A DNA stretch of 34,531 bases from Asterionella formosa (GCA_002256025.1 NKIB01000207.1:1-34531), one strand, 5' to 3'; counted from the stretch's first letter, positions 1 through 10,503 are shown. Translations and numbers: made by a program. The notes: generated by a model not told the origin, from the sequence alone.

Positions 1-2
1 TA

Positions 3-506
3 AAATACAGAGTGGCATCAGTTGCCGGACAACAAACACAAGGAGTCACAAAATACAATAAAGATGTATACAAACGATGTGGAATGAAAATGTCCCAACT
101 ACAAGAATCCTTCTGGAAACAGAAGGAAAAGCGACGGAACGATGGTGCAGCCTACAAGGCGCAATTCAATCAGAAAAGGAAACGAAACGAAAAAATTCAT
201 GCTGCACGATTTGAAGCTGTCAAACAAGAAAGGTACGACAATAAAACTGGAAAGACTTAGAGCTCTGGGGTGGCTTTTTTAGAAGACCAAGATCAGGAGG
301 CCACAACAAAGAATGCAAATGCGCAATGCAAACATTGCGGCCGGAATGATCATCAGAGAAAAAGCAGCAAGCTCTGTCCATTCTTTCAAGGCAAAGCGAA
401 TCATAGTACCGGTACTGGTATTACATGTGCATCCAGTGTGGCCGGCGTAAGTTTGCAACGCCCTGCAGATCAGGCAAATCAAATGGACGTTAGTAATTCA
501 TGTTGA
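3..506 (+). pseudogene. Transposase-like C-terminal fragment with CCHC-type zinc motif, interrupted by an in-frame stop
   Basis: ORFs 12..260 and 270..506 are in the same frame, separated by TAG at 258-260 (GKT*SSGVAF, likely Tyr). There is a basic helical region and the motif CKHCGRNDHQRKSSKLCP. Confidence 0.5.
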
Positions 507-731
507 CCAATCATATTGTATATGTGGAAGCGGGCACTTACAATGGAATTTGTTGGACAGGAGATTTTAGTACTAAAAATTCCGGCACACAACTACTATT
601 CCGATGATGACGTTTTGGCTCATAGTAATTCTGATTCTGCTATTTTGGCGACCGTAGGAAAGGCCGATTTTGTCGAGTTTTTGGACAACGATAGCTCAAC
701 GTTGGCTGGGTCTGAAGACGATTTAGATACA

Positions 732-932
732 TAGGTAACTTTCAAATAGCATCAGTATATAACTTCTGGCGAGAAACTGCAGAAAGGAACTTCGGTTTTT
801 TTACTATGCCAAATAAACAGATTTCCCCCGAATTTTCGAGTCTTTTTAGCCTAGTTAAAAAACCGAAATTCCTTTCTGCAGTTTCTGACCAGATCCTATA
901 TACCGGTACTGACGATATATAGAGTGAACCTA
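732..932. repeat. Imperfect inverted repeat, ~80-bp arms (732-812 / ~845-932)
   Basis: AGAAACTGCAGAAAGGAACTTCGGTTTTTT (772-801) pairs with AAAAAACCGAAATTCCTTTCTGCAGTTTCT (857-886) with one mismatch. Weaker pairing extends outward. The right arm carries an extra CCGGTA at 903-908. Confidence 0.85.
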
Positions 933-1566
933 CACCCCTACTTTGTCCGAAGACTGTATTTAAGCATATGGAAAGGGTGTGTATTGGTGAAAGCTCCGTT
1001 GAGCGTTATACATATTTAAATTGTATGTAAAAAGTACGTGTTTGATTAGTCTGACTGAATATTATTTTTTTAACCGTACCTCGAGCTAGGGGTTCAAATG
1101 CAGCAACCTTAATACTGGTCCTATATTTATCCACTACATACTGGCATAGTTATTTACGTACTTTGGTGGCACGGAGTTCCTGGTACGCAGCCATGTTTCG
1201 TGATACTTATTCATACGACATGGTAACCCTTCGCCCAGAATGACGACTTCACGACCAGGCAGTATGTGCATGCGACAACGAAGGTGTTCTTTGGGTGTTC
1301 TGAGGACCACACATATGTACAACCATCACTATTCCCATATAAATCATCGCGGCACTTTACACACGGTACTGGTACACATGTCGCCATCGTGCGCAAAGAC
1401 GATGGTTACCGGTAACAAGTCCTCTAAATGCAAAAAATCTTCATCGCTCCCTCTACGTCCGACATCTGCTTCAGGGAACTTTGCCATCTTGAAAATGTTT
1501 GTGAACGTCTACTCCAAGTAAAAGCTGATTCGTAACATTACCTCGTCCTGAACCCGCTTTCCAAAC

Positions 1567-2769
1567 ATGATGGCCAGTCCCAACGAAGTTATGGAAGACT
1601 GGCGCGCTACACTTGATAAGTTAGAACGCGAAATCAAAGAGGCAGATACTACTCTCTTTGTTTCCAATGATGGTCATGTCACCCTGGCTGCGTTCTTCGT
1701 TCTGATGGGAGGCCTATTTCTCTCTGGAGGTCGATGGTTCCTAGGAATTACCTGTGTATTAATTGGGGCATTGGTAGCTCTATGCAATGCCATGGATCAG
1801 ATTGCAGAGGAAGACAAACTCGAGATCCGATACAGTAACATGCCCGCCGAAGATATCATTAACGAACTTATAGACCTGGAAAATGCATTGGATTTCAGCA
1901 TTAAGGACGAGAAGAGACGAGACGCTCTATTCAAGAGGTCCAGACTCAATTTTCGTACTGCATTGAAGGCCCTAGCGAAGCGAATTGCTAGAGCAAAGAA
2001 CCGAAAGATTCAATACCATCCACACGAAATTGAATGTATTGGTCAAGATGCTGCATACGCTACATTTCGTCTCTTTCCAAACGACGATGAGCTGATCGAA
2101 TCAGCGCTGTCACTTCATGCTTTGGTAGCGAAGGACTCGGAGGTTCGACAACGGCATTTGTGCCAGGCTGATGAATATGGCTTGAACGTTCCGATTGAAG
2201 CAATGAAACAAGCCATGTCCAGAGCCCAGTCAATTGAAAATCCACCAGAAAATCTGGAAAGAGGATTTGTAGAACTTCAACGCAAGGCATGTCTTCTCTT
2301 GGGTGCCTTGGCTGATGGAGACAAGGACGTTGCTACCAAGGTCGTCGACGAACAAGGATTGCAAGCGATTCTTGAAGTTCTCAGCTGGTACAGGTACCAT
2401 GACGATGGAGCGAACTGGGCTCTTTGGGCCACCTTTATTTTGTGTTATGATCATCCTGGGAATAAACAAGAGCTCATCAGGTTGGGTGGTATTAAAGTCA
2501 TTTGCCAGACCATATTGAATATTCCAAACTCACCTGATGTTGCTCGGCATGGGGTGGCAACACTGTTCGATCTCCTTCGAGAAGATTCTGAGAATCCAAC
2601 GTGTGCAACACAAATAAGAAAGATGGCGGTTCATGCTGGCCTGCACAATGCTCTTCGTAGCACTATGGATGAGTTTTCACAGAGTATGGAGGTCATGATG
2701 ATGTCACAAGAGATGTTGGTTGTAACCGGTTTTAAGGGGGAAATACCGATTTACGAACCCATCAGATAA
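1567..2769 (+). CDS. ARM-repeat protein with N-terminal hydrophobic (transmembrane) hairpin
   Basis: 400-aa ORF. Hydrophobic segments VTLAAFFVLMGGLFL and WFLGITCVLIGALVAL. Armadillo-like repeats (ACLLLGALAD..VVDEQGLQAILEVL; NKQELIRLGGIKVICQTI). Confidence 0.8.
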   Translation: MMASPNEVMEDWRATLDKLEREIKEADTTLFVSNDGHVTLAAFFVLMGGLFLSGGRWFLGITCVLIGALVALCNAMDQIAEEDKLEIRYSNMPAEDIINELIDLENALDFSIKDEKRRDALFKRSRLNFRTALKALAKRIARAKNRKIQYHPHEIECIGQDAAYATFRLFPNDDELIESALSLHALVAKDSEVRQRHLCQADEYGLNVPIEAMKQAMSRAQSIENPPENLERGFVELQRKACLLLGALADGDKDVATKVVDEQGLQAILEVLSWYRYHDDGANWALWATFILCYDHPGNKQELIRLGGIKVICQTILNIPNSPDVARHGVATLFDLLREDSENPTCATQIRKMAVHAGLHNALRSTMDEFSQSMEVMMMSQEMLVVTGFKGEIPIYEPIR

Positions 2770-2844
2770 AGTCCCTAAGTACCCTTACCAACTTTAGCTT
2801 TGTTATTTTATAGCTACGCAAGTAGCGTGCAAAATGTTTGGTTA

Positions 2845-3564
2845 TCAATAGTTTACTGAGACCATGAATACACAAGGTGGTAGATCTCCGCAGGTAACCT
2901 TTACTTTGTCACCTACTTCCAAATTTCCTACTCCTGCTGGTGTTCCCGTCATTATGAGATCGCCTGGCATCAAACGAAAATAGCGAGAAAGAACTGAAAT
3001 CGTTTCTGGAACGGACCAAATCATTTGACCAATTCTGCTATTTTGTTTGATTTCGCTTCCCACTGTAAGTTGAATCAGATCGTCCAGATCGACTTCCATT
3101 TCACTTTTTGGAATAATTGGCCCGCAAGGAGCGCTGCAGTCGAAACCTTTGGATGTATCCCAGGGTCGACTGAGCCTTTTGGCTTCATCTTGAAGGTCTC
3201 TTCTTGTCAAATCGCAGCCAACGGCGTATCCAAAAATACATGCCAATGCTTGCTCCTCGCTGAGCTGGCTCCCTTCTGTTCCGATGGCAACCACCATTTC
3301 TGCTTCATAGTGCAGATTGGTTGTCATGGGAGGAAAAGGAACCTTGCAGCCTGCTTCAAAGCAATCAACTACGGCGTTTGCAGGCTTTTGGAAAAAGAAC
3401 GGCGGCTCTCGATTTGAGTTGTAGCCCATCTCTTTTGCGTGTTCCGCATAATTTCTACCGATGCAATAAATTCTGTTGACAGGAAAGCATCCAATCCTTT
3501 CGATGCTTCTGTTGACTACCGAAAGAGTTGCCTGCTTGACGATAATTTCTGGAATCAAGAACAT
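2845..3564 (-). CDS. Fumarylacetoacetate hydrolase family protein (FAHD1/NagK-like acylpyruvase)
   Basis: Motifs RIYCIGRNYAEHAKEMG, PFFFQKP, LHYEAEM, GYAVGCDLTRRDLQ, WDTSKGFD, PGDLIMTGTPAGVG. Start placed at ATG 3564; an upstream in-frame ATG at 3708 lies inside a repeat motif. Confidence 0.93.
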   Translation of the reverse strand: MFLIPEIIVKQATLSVVNRSIERIGCFPVNRIYCIGRNYAEHAKEMGYNSNREPPFFFQKPANAVVDCFEAGCKVPFPPMTTNLHYEAEMVVAIGTEGSQLSEEQALACIFGYAVGCDLTRRDLQDEAKRLSRPWDTSKGFDCSAPCGPIIPKSEMEVDLDDLIQLTVGSEIKQNSRIGQMIWSVPETISVLSRYFRLMPGDLIMTGTPAGVGNLEVGDKVKVTCGDLPPCVFMVSVNY

Positions 3565-3702
3565 TGCACACAAGAGGAAGTTCGTGGATACCGTACTCCA
3601 AGAATGACAACATCGACGACGAAGATTATTCCCCACACTCAACCAGTTCCGACAATGTTGCGACAGAGTTTGGATAATCGCAGGAATTTGATGTATACTA
3701 TG

Positions 3703-3901
3703 TACCATGGTACCTGGTACTTGGTACCAGGTACCTGGTACTCAGTACCATACAGCTTTACTCCTTCCTTGGTTCGTCGTGCGATCGCAATGTGCCTATA
3801 ATACAGTGACCATTACATGCTGACTACCGGTATGATGATACCGGTATTCAGTATCGTACTGGTACCTGGTAACAGGTGCTCTGGACTCTGGAGTACCGGT
3901 A
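3703..3901. repeat. Array of TA-flanked CC..GG micro-units upstream of the FAH gene
   Basis: 3703-3752 reads TA-CCATGG-TA-CCTGG-TA-CTTGG-TA-CCAGG-TA-CCTGG-TA-CTCAG-TA-CCA-TA. Further TACCGGTA/TACTGGTA/TACCTGGTA units occur at 3825-3901. Confidence 0.85.
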
Positions 3902-4853
3902 CATCACAAGTTAAAACATCATCAGTAAATGATGGTTTTCTGTGAAGTGTCCACAGCAATTCCACTATTTACATCCCTGCTATCTTCCAGCATGCTCCAA
4001 TCCTATATAATCACCTACAATGACAACAAGAATTCGTCAATCTTAATGAGCTATCCTCGTGAACTCAGCAAAGCAGCCAGAACATGATGGAACCGGTGTT
4101 CTGCATTAACTCTTATTCAACAAGGAAGAGAGGACAGGTATGTGCTTGTTGATTGTTCTTTCTCATGTTTTAGTTCCCACCATAGTCAAGCATATTGATT
4201 ATAATACATATTTATTTCTCTTCAGAACGTTGATGAAGGCACCTGTCATGTTACTCCTCACTTCCTGACAATGCCAACAAATCACCATCCACTGGTCAAA
4301 CCAGCTTGTCCAATGAGTTGAAGTATGTTGCCAGTTGATTGTTGTTTTTCACAAGAATATACACACACTGACATTATTTGTTTCCGTTTCTTGTTTCCCA
4401 ATGCTTGCAAATCCACTTAATTCGAAACTCGCACAAGGAATGAAACTAAGTTCTTCAGGATGCCAATAATGTTGGCAACATATCTCACCAGCACCAAAAA
4501 AATCACTCCATTGCTCCCTGGTGTCATCCTACTCAAACTTGTCCTCCTAAAGTTACAATGTCACAAACGCCCATATCAGCAAGTAAATTTTTCGATATGT
4601 CCTGCTCCTCCTTCTGCCGGATACTACCAGCAGCCTGCAAACCCAACACCAAACCTCCACTATCAAGCTGTTGCTCCTCCACCACCAATGTGAATGTTTC
4701 TGAAATTTCGTTGCGATGACAAAAAATTGTGAGTTGACATTTGTTGATGCGAATGCATTGATAATTTTTCACACCATTTTTCCGCTGACCCATTTTTTGC
4801 CTTTATATTCTACTCCCTGCTTGTCATTTTCACTCCTTACCTTCCGATTTCCG

Positions 4854-5195
4854 TTTCATACTTTGGTTGTTGCTTAACAACATTGTGTCGAAATTTCGAT
4901 GCTTGTTACAATCATTCTTGTTTGACTAGTTTTCATGCATATACCGGTACCGGTTTATTTGGTGGTCCATGCATTTTAGATGTGTCTAAACTTTTTCCCA
5001 TGAAAATTCTACTCATAACGTTGCTCGATGGTCTCAAACCTAAAACTGGACTGCCGAAAAATCCATTGTGCCCCTATATTGCCCCTAAATAAAAATTACT
5101 TAAAAGAACCAAAAATTACTTAGACACCCACAGTTCTCATCGAAAAGCAAGACTATATATAGCTAGGATGGGGATTGCTGAAGGCAACAATACAA
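4854..5195 (+). repeat. Degenerate direct repeat, copy A (copy B at 6765-7016); probable TE relic
   Basis: Shared blocks in the same order: TTTCATACTTTGGTTG, TTGTTACAATCATTCT, TGCCGAAAAAT, identical 23-mer ATATTGCCCCTAAATAAAAATTA (5076-5098 = 6936-6958), GCAAGAC..ATAGCT. Confidence 0.75.
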
Positions 5196-6764
5196 GCCCC
5201 AGGTGGTCTCATACCTGCGAGTATACATGTGTATGTTCGAGGCTTGTTGGCGAAAGTAGGTTGACTGTATGAGTGGCACCAGCACCAGCGCTGCAAGAAG
5301 GTCAACCCAGCGAGTGCCATCCCGGCCGAGTACACATGTGTACGAGAAGGCATGCAGCCAATGAGAAGGATATTTATTGAGGCAATTCACAAACTAGCTA
5401 TCATTGCGCCGTCCGCTTACGACCTACTGCCCACTTAAATGAGAGTAAATGTCAATTTTAGCTCACTTTAGCCCATCATAAAATGAATTTCGTATATTTC
5501 CTATCTTCACATCGAAATTTGCAATGGGTCCGATATTGCCCATCATCAATATATATTTTGTGAATTTCCTATGTTATCATTTCGGCATAACATTTGTGCC
5601 GATTGCCCCTTGGTTTTCCAGCCCTGGGATTGCCGAAATTGGCAAGGGGTCTACTTAAGGAAACCATTTATATACTCTACAGATTTCAATAATTTATATC
5701 TAGAATTAAACTCGTTTTTGTTCGTCACCTGAAAAGTGGACTCCGGCAATTCACCTTTCACCATGCCAATCATTGTCCATCATGCCCAATCTGAAGCGAA
5801 ATTAGTTCATTGATGACGCCAGTAGCGATCCATTGTCGAACAGATGCGGTTGGTTGTTGGATTGCTCGTCTTCTCGAGGGATTCATGCAGTCGCACCGTC
5901 CATATTTCGTCGGACGAATGATGATAGCGATACATCTGATGTTGGAGCAAGTTTTTGCTCAGGTCGCTCATGCATGTGATGATGCTGCCTTAACGGACAT
6001 TCTACTAGTAGTCATCGCCTACATACGTACGTAGTACTAAAAACAACCATGCATGGTTTAAGCTAAAATTTAATGCTTACTGGTACTTTGATAACATTAT
6101 TATATTCATGCTGTAAGTTCGGTTTTATCATTACAAGACCAGAAGGTTAAATGATATTGTTCACATATTCATTGATTTTACATCATACTGTATGCCCAAT
6201 TTTGTCCTCACAATTATCCTTCTTGCTCTATCCTGTCTGCTGTTGCTCAATTTGGGCTTGCAAAAGGAACTTTCGACTTTCTTATGATCCCTATCGTCTG
6301 CTGCATGTTATGCTAGTTAGAGCGGATTGGTGACGAGTACAAGAACAGTGAAACCAGCCATGAATGTGGAATGTAGATACTATTGGTTGTCGAATTTCCG
6401 ATTTGGTTTCTTTCCATAGTTCGTTTTGATCGCTTGTTCCGCCGTTCTTTGTCGTTCCACACAGTCGTTTTGTTTTGATTGAAATACTGCTGCTACTGGT
6501 GTCAGACTACTACAGCGATGCGCATGGTTGCAGCAAACAGACCATTTACGCTACAAAATAATGCAGGTCTAAATTGGGTTCAGCTTTTTTTCTTCTTATT
6601 TCGGTCTTCGCTTGTGTGGCGATGGAAAGTCAATGTTGCCTGTGTAAATACTACTACAATGAGACACAATGCATACATCTCCAATGAAACTCCTATTTTT
6701 TACTTCATTTCTAACCCAAAACAATTTTATCTATTTCTTATTTGATGCAACTTATTACATCGCA

Positions 6765-7016
6765 TTTCATACTTTGGTTGCTCCAAACATCATGTTCAAT
6801 TTTCTTTGATGTTGCATGTTGTTACAATCATTCTCGTGTGTTTTACGCTTGTTGCTATCTCTATGCATATTACCGTTATTCTGGTTGTCATGCTAAAAAT
6901 CGGCAATTTTATTGCCGAAAAATTCGATGTGCCCCATATTGCCCCTAAATAAAAATTATATAGAAGTACCCGAATGGCAAGACAATAGCTGGAGCGGGAA
7001 TTGCTAGAAAATACAA
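6765..7016 (+). repeat. Degenerate direct repeat, copy B (copy A at 4854-5195)
   Basis: Same colinear blocks as copy A. Confidence 0.75.
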
Positions 7017-7338
7017 CGAGTACCAGGTACCAGGTACTCCCTCTGTCTAGTAACAGTTGCATCGATTTGCCGGCACCACCAGTGTCTTTACTGTTTGAAT
7101 ATGAAGGATTATGTAGCCAACATACCAAATTTCTACGTGAGGGTCGGCTTACTCGAAAAAATGCGTTTTTTATGAGTTACATAGATGTGGACATATACTC
7201 TGTTTTTGTAATTAAATATTTAGCATCTAAATAAGTTAATCGAAACCAATTTAACATATACTATTTATACATTGGGTACATGTAGATAGATATCAAGCAA
7301 TGCAAATGCATTGATTTTGCATCATTATTTTTGTCAAA

Positions 7339-7551
7339 ATGGATGTTGACTTTGCCAATGCGCCCATTCCTGATGGTCAGATCCTTGGCTTGATGGCCAG
7401 AAACAATGGTCGCAGTTGCGCCCATAATCACTGTTGCGGATCAACAGTAAAGGTTGGCTCTGTGGTTTTCTTCTCTTTCTGTATTGTGTTGGACAAGATC
7501 CTCGAAGAACTCGAGGATGCTATCGAGGTGAGAATGAATATGCGAGGTTAA
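7339..7551 (+). pseudogene. Small Cys/His-rich second ORF inside the mariner, convergent with the transposase (probably truncated)
   Basis: 70 aa with NNGRSCAHNHCCGSTVKVGSVVFF...EDAIEV. ATG is preceded by AAA. It lies between the left TIR and the transposase stop. Confidence 0.45.
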
Positions 7552-7777
7552 GGAGTTGCTCTTTTTACGTTTCAAAATTTTTACTGCTGTGTAGTTAAAT
7601 AAAATCCAACTATAGTTATCCAGCTTGTCAAAGAAACTATAAGTTCAATACATATAGAACCATTAACAACCAGTGCTAGCTAGTATATATATATTTAAGG
7701 GGGAACGTCTTTTGATCCAATGCAGCCATGCAAAATGGCGCCGGAGACGAAAACCCCCTTATCATTACACCCTACTG

Positions 7778-9236
7778 TTAAAAAAGATCATCCAGAAATG
7801 TGCTAGCCAACTCAATTGCTCCTTCCCCAGCTGCTAGCCTATCAGGTAAAATTCCCGCCCGTTCCAGAGCCGCCTTCCCAATGTGAGGTATATTATAATT
7901 GTTGTCGCCATTAACCAAAATAATCTCTTCCAAGCAACCCTGTAATGTTAAGAAAGAACAATTTGATTTGGTTGGTTAAAAAAACGAATGCTGCCTGGTG
8001 CACTGCCTCTATCAAACTGTCGATGTCGTTGTGGGCTTCTTCCACAGAGTCCCATTGACCTGATTGTAATGCCCTAAAAAAAGATAGATCGTTGATATTC
8101 AAATCCGGACTGTTCGCTGGTTGCTTAGTCAATCGAATATCCCATTCTTCTTCTGTTGCAGCTGCTACAAAGGGAGCAAAATCGGAACCAAAATGTGTTG
8201 AAGCATTGTCGTGCTGTAGATATATTCGTTTGTTTCCATCAGGCCACTTCGCTTTTATCATAGGTAAATCATTATCAACAATCATGTCAGCATATGACTG
8301 TTTTGTCACTGGGAGTGACTTTGTTTCCATTGTCCCTGCCAGTCGATAAATTGAACTTCTTTGCGCTGCTACTTGGTGCACAAATGGCCAAATTCCAATT
8401 TTACCACCAAACGTACACACTTTTTCGTTGTCAAAACGCGGACGTGTCACAGCGCGCAGAAAGCAAGGAACATGACCTTTTCGATATACTCCTTATGTTT
8501 CTTCCGCCTTGTGGGAGCCTCTTCTCCATGAGCCAGATATATTTTCAACTTTCCTTCTGAAACAAAGAACCACTTTTAATCTATATGGACCTGGTTGTAG
8601 AAGCCATCATAGTAACCAAACAGTCCCGGATCAAAATCAACATCAGGGGAAGGATGTTCTTGATCTGGATGGTTCAATTGTAAATGATTAACACAGCCAA
8701 TACAATACATAAAACGACTTATCTTACCCTCCTCCGAAAGCATCGGCTTGACTGCACTTGTGTGCAGTCGTATTACAGTCTCTCTGTTATCCTTTGCAAT
8801 CCAAAAAACTGTTGACTTGGGAAGGGCAAGAGCAGCTGCTTTTTTACGATACGTAGTACGCTTGCAATATGGAATACCTCTAATTGCTGCAATTATTTGC
8901 TTCTTCACGTGGGTATTTGCGAGTATACCCAGTCAATAATTTTTGGGAAAGCAATGTAAACACGTAAGTATCATCATTATAATAGGATTCGAGCGCGCGG
9001 TTCCAAATACATTGTATAGTTGTTTTATCAACTTTGAACCGGCCTGCCAAAAATTTAACAGTTCCACACACTAAAATGAGCCAACCATCTATTTTGTCCC
9101 CTCCATCAGGTCCTTTTTGGAGGTTCCATAAACCATAATCCAACATGAGTTGACGCTCTTCTGGTGTTAGATCGTTTCTCATGTGCTTGTTGAGAAGAGG
9201 TGGTGGCAAGAAAAAAGGGGGGTCAGGCATCTGCAT
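7778..9236 (-). pseudogene. Mariner DD39D transposase, inactivated by frameshifts and a nonsense codon
   Basis: Fragments in successive frames: VHID*KWF (stop at 8576-8578 replacing E), KVMFL..VTRPRFD..FGGKIGIWPFV, LQHDNASTH...QPANSPDLNIND (39 residues between the 2nd and 3rd catalytic Asp), FLTLQGCLEEI..GDNNYNIPHIGK..LERAGILP, stop at 7778-7780. Confidence 0.93.
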
Positions 9237-9606
9237 TTCGCTCGAGATGAGCAAAAGTGGAAGTCGAAATAGCCGGAAAACGTTTTTTTCAGATGTAGTT
9301 GCCAATTTTAATCTTTCTATATATAATATATACATGGATCGGTAGCTTAGAGCAAGCTGCACCATAGGGCTATTGAGCCGGAGAAAATCGTAGGAGTCAA
9401 AATGGCCCCGGATAAATTTGAATTATCGATGCAACTGTTACTAGACAGAGGGAGTACCACGCAGGTACTCAGGTTAGTACCAGGGTACCGTTGCCGGTAT
9501 TCGCCCATCGTTGTTCTTGTCAACAATTGATGCTCGTCCGAATGATAAATCATTGCTTCATTCGAATTCGAGGTTGGTAAGCCGTTGAAAAGAGCGACAA
9601 GAAATA

Positions 9607-10503
9607 ATGGGACCGATCAACCGAGTCAATCCTTTGACCTATCATATTCTCATCGCTCTCATAGCAAGTATACCTGTAAGGTCTAACTACTGTTTTGTCT
9701 TCGGCTTTGTTGCGGTTCCCGACAGATCTTTGCATGTTAGCAGTATATTTCGACCGTTGGCCGATGGAACAATAACGGAAACGCAAAAGCAAACATTAAA
9801 AGCACATCAGGGCGAAATTTTTTCAGGAGTACCCACGGAGGATACGACGAATGGTGATCAATCTTCTCAAATTGGTGTTGAGACACTTGTTGATAATCAG
9901 CCGCCAATAACAAATGGCAAGGCGAGAAACGAGAAGTTGACACAAGAAGATCTATACTGGAGAGTAGAAGGGGATCCATGGAGAATTGAGCATGATTTCA
10001 ATCGAACGACAGTCATTTTCAAAATTAGAGGCAATCCACTACCTCTTCGCCGACATCGAACATCTCGCGGGTTTATCTACAATCCATCTGCATCAGCACA
10101 AGCTGCATTTAGTAATTTGGTTAAGGAACTGATCTGGTCAAATGATGTACAATCAGATTCAAAGGATAAACCACTTTTCGGAGATCAAGATCAACTTTCT
10201 CTTTCAGTGGTTTTTTGCATGAAGCGACCACTAAACCACTTTATTTCTTCAAAGAGGGGGGAAGGACGGCTGAAGGAATCGACAAGAAACAGAGTTGGTT
10301 CTATTCGAACAGATGTGGACAACCTCGCCAAGTTTATTCTGGACAGCTTGAACGGTATGGTATATGTTGATGACAAGCAAGTTGCTTCAATCCATGCTAC
10401 AAAATGCTATGATAGTGAAGGACTTTGTCAAGGGTCTACATTGGTGTGCATACGAAATTTACAAGAGTCCGACTTGGTTGGCCTACTTGATATTAAACTA
10501 TAG
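9607..10503 (+). CDS. RusA-family Holliday-junction resolvase-like protein with N-terminal targeting-like extension
   Basis: 298 aa. FKIRGNPLPLRRHR, YNPS, RTDVDNLAKFILDSLNGMVYVDDKQV (RusA DxDN..K..D...DD catalytic signature). Hydrophobic N-terminus. Confidence 0.85.
   Translation: MGPINRVNPLTYHILIALIASIPVRSNYCFVFGFVAVPDRSLHVSSIFRPLADGTITETQKQTLKAHQGEIFSGVPTEDTTNGDQSSQIGVETLVDNQPPITNGKARNEKLTQEDLYWRVEGDPWRIEHDFNRTTVIFKIRGNPLPLRRHRTSRGFIYNPSASAQAAFSNLVKELIWSNDVQSDSKDKPLFGDQDQLSLSVVFCMKRPLNHFISSKRGEGRLKESTRNRVGSIRTDVDNLAKFILDSLNGMVYVDDKQVASIHATKCYDSEGLCQGSTLVCIRNLQESDLVGLLDIKL

Larger units (their letters stand above)
1..1108 (+). mobile_element. Right-hand part of a DNA transposon, probably Kolobok superfamily (ends ...GCAGCAACC followed by TTAA); truncated by window start
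   Basis: Contains a decayed transposase-like C-terminus (3-506) and a long internal inverted repeat. The terminus 1062-1108 is homologous to 14708-14760, and both stop at CC|TTAA. A YY-3' end plus TTAA target is the Kolobok pattern; piggyBac ends in GG-3'. Confidence 0.5.
7037..9454 (-). mobile_element. Full-length Tc1/mariner DNA transposon, DD39D (plant mariner/Stowaway-type), 2418 bp
   Basis: Perfect 30-bp TIRs CTCCCTCTGTCTAGTAACAGTTGCATCGAT (7037-7066, 9425-9454). TA target duplication (7035-7036, 9455-9456). Internal transposase remnants. Confidence 0.96.

Noticed and set aside
516..734. Acidic 72-aa ORF downstream of the transposase fragment
   Set aside because: Non-ATG start and no convincing in-frame splice to the upstream ORF could be established.
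3703..3752. CRISPR-like or telomeric array interpretation of the GGTACC-rich repeats
   Set aside because: Units are 6-8 bp with no unique spacers, there are no cas genes, the context is eukaryotic, orientations are mixed, and the units are not TTAGGG-like.
3950..4700. Possible spliced gene fragments (GTATGT..TTCAG intron-like segment near 4138-4225, Pro/Gln-rich ORF 4460..4693)
   Set aside because: No coherent reading frame or recognisable domain. CpG-poor, likely decayed TE or pseudogene debris.
5400..5700. Possible MITE with two degenerate GCCCATCAT..ATTTCCTAT internal repeats
   Set aside because: No terminal inverted repeats or target-site duplication could be defined.
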